Below are positions 63,875 to 64,000 of a stretch of DNA of 64,000 nt, in pieces. Made by a program: the position numbers and the translations under genes. The stretch spans positions 1,911 to 65,910 of the forward strand of contig JAEYXM010000092.1 in NCBI GenBank assembly GCA_023428465.1, in the 5' to 3' direction. The notes under the pieces are model-generated. The model did not search any database. It was not told the DNA's origin and saw only the letters and a list, made by a program, of their open reading frames with translations. This DNA comes from Actinomycetes bacterium (lineage in GTDB: Bacteria; Actinomycetota; Actinomycetes; Actinomycetales; Cellulomonadaceae). Positions within the stretch are counted from its first letter, which is position 1; every line of letters starts with the position of its first letter.

Positions 63875-64000
63875 GTGCTGAAGGTGGGGCTGACCGGCGG
63901 AATCGGATCGGGCAAGAGCGCGGTGGCGAGCCGCCTCGCCGCGCTGGGCGCGGTGATCGTCGACTCGGACCGCATCGCCCGCGAGATCGTCGCGCCCGGC
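63875..64000 (+). CDS. coaE: Dephospho-CoA kinase, 5' part (runs off window)
   Basis: [43 protein letters not shown]-loop, and the usual position after rpsA. Confidence 0.93.
   Translation, partial: MLKVGLTGGIGSGKSAVASRLAALGAVIVDSDRIAREIVAPG

Overview
High-GC actinobacterial chromosome segment whose gene content and protein style suggest Micrococcales (Cellulomonas/Actinotalea-like; inference). It is mostly core genome. In order: small accessory enzymes (VOC, orphan alpha/beta-hydrolase-like ORF, beta-CASP MBL, fructosamine kinase, ald, PAS-GGDEF, GNAT); dcp, M20 peptidase, uppP, mshC, PAC2; an accessory trio (secreted repeat/beta-helix protein, acyl-CoA ligase, DUF1295); a complete Pup-proteasome locus (trmI-arc-dop-pup-prcB-prcA-pafA-FKBP) running directly into hisF, a heterodimeric ABC exporter, hisI-trpE...trpCBA-lgt, gltBD and pyk; a small islet next to tRNA-Leu(CAA); then pdtaR, polA, pfkA, rpsA and the start of coaE. 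I found no integrase, transposase, prophage or CRISPR array, and I cannot support a claim of a large novel system. The observations most worth checking are: (1) an apparent lineage switch inside rpsA (3' half and coaE look Micromonospora-like, so either an assembly chimera or recombination); (2) a 48-aa acidic ORF ending ERFDAG, absent from the ORF track and coupled to a small membrane protein; (3) pervasive leaderless-type TANNNT promoters; (4) the pafA-FKBP-hisF junction; (5) the secreted triple-repeat beta-helix protein. Family assignments come from motif recognition and memory, not database searches.
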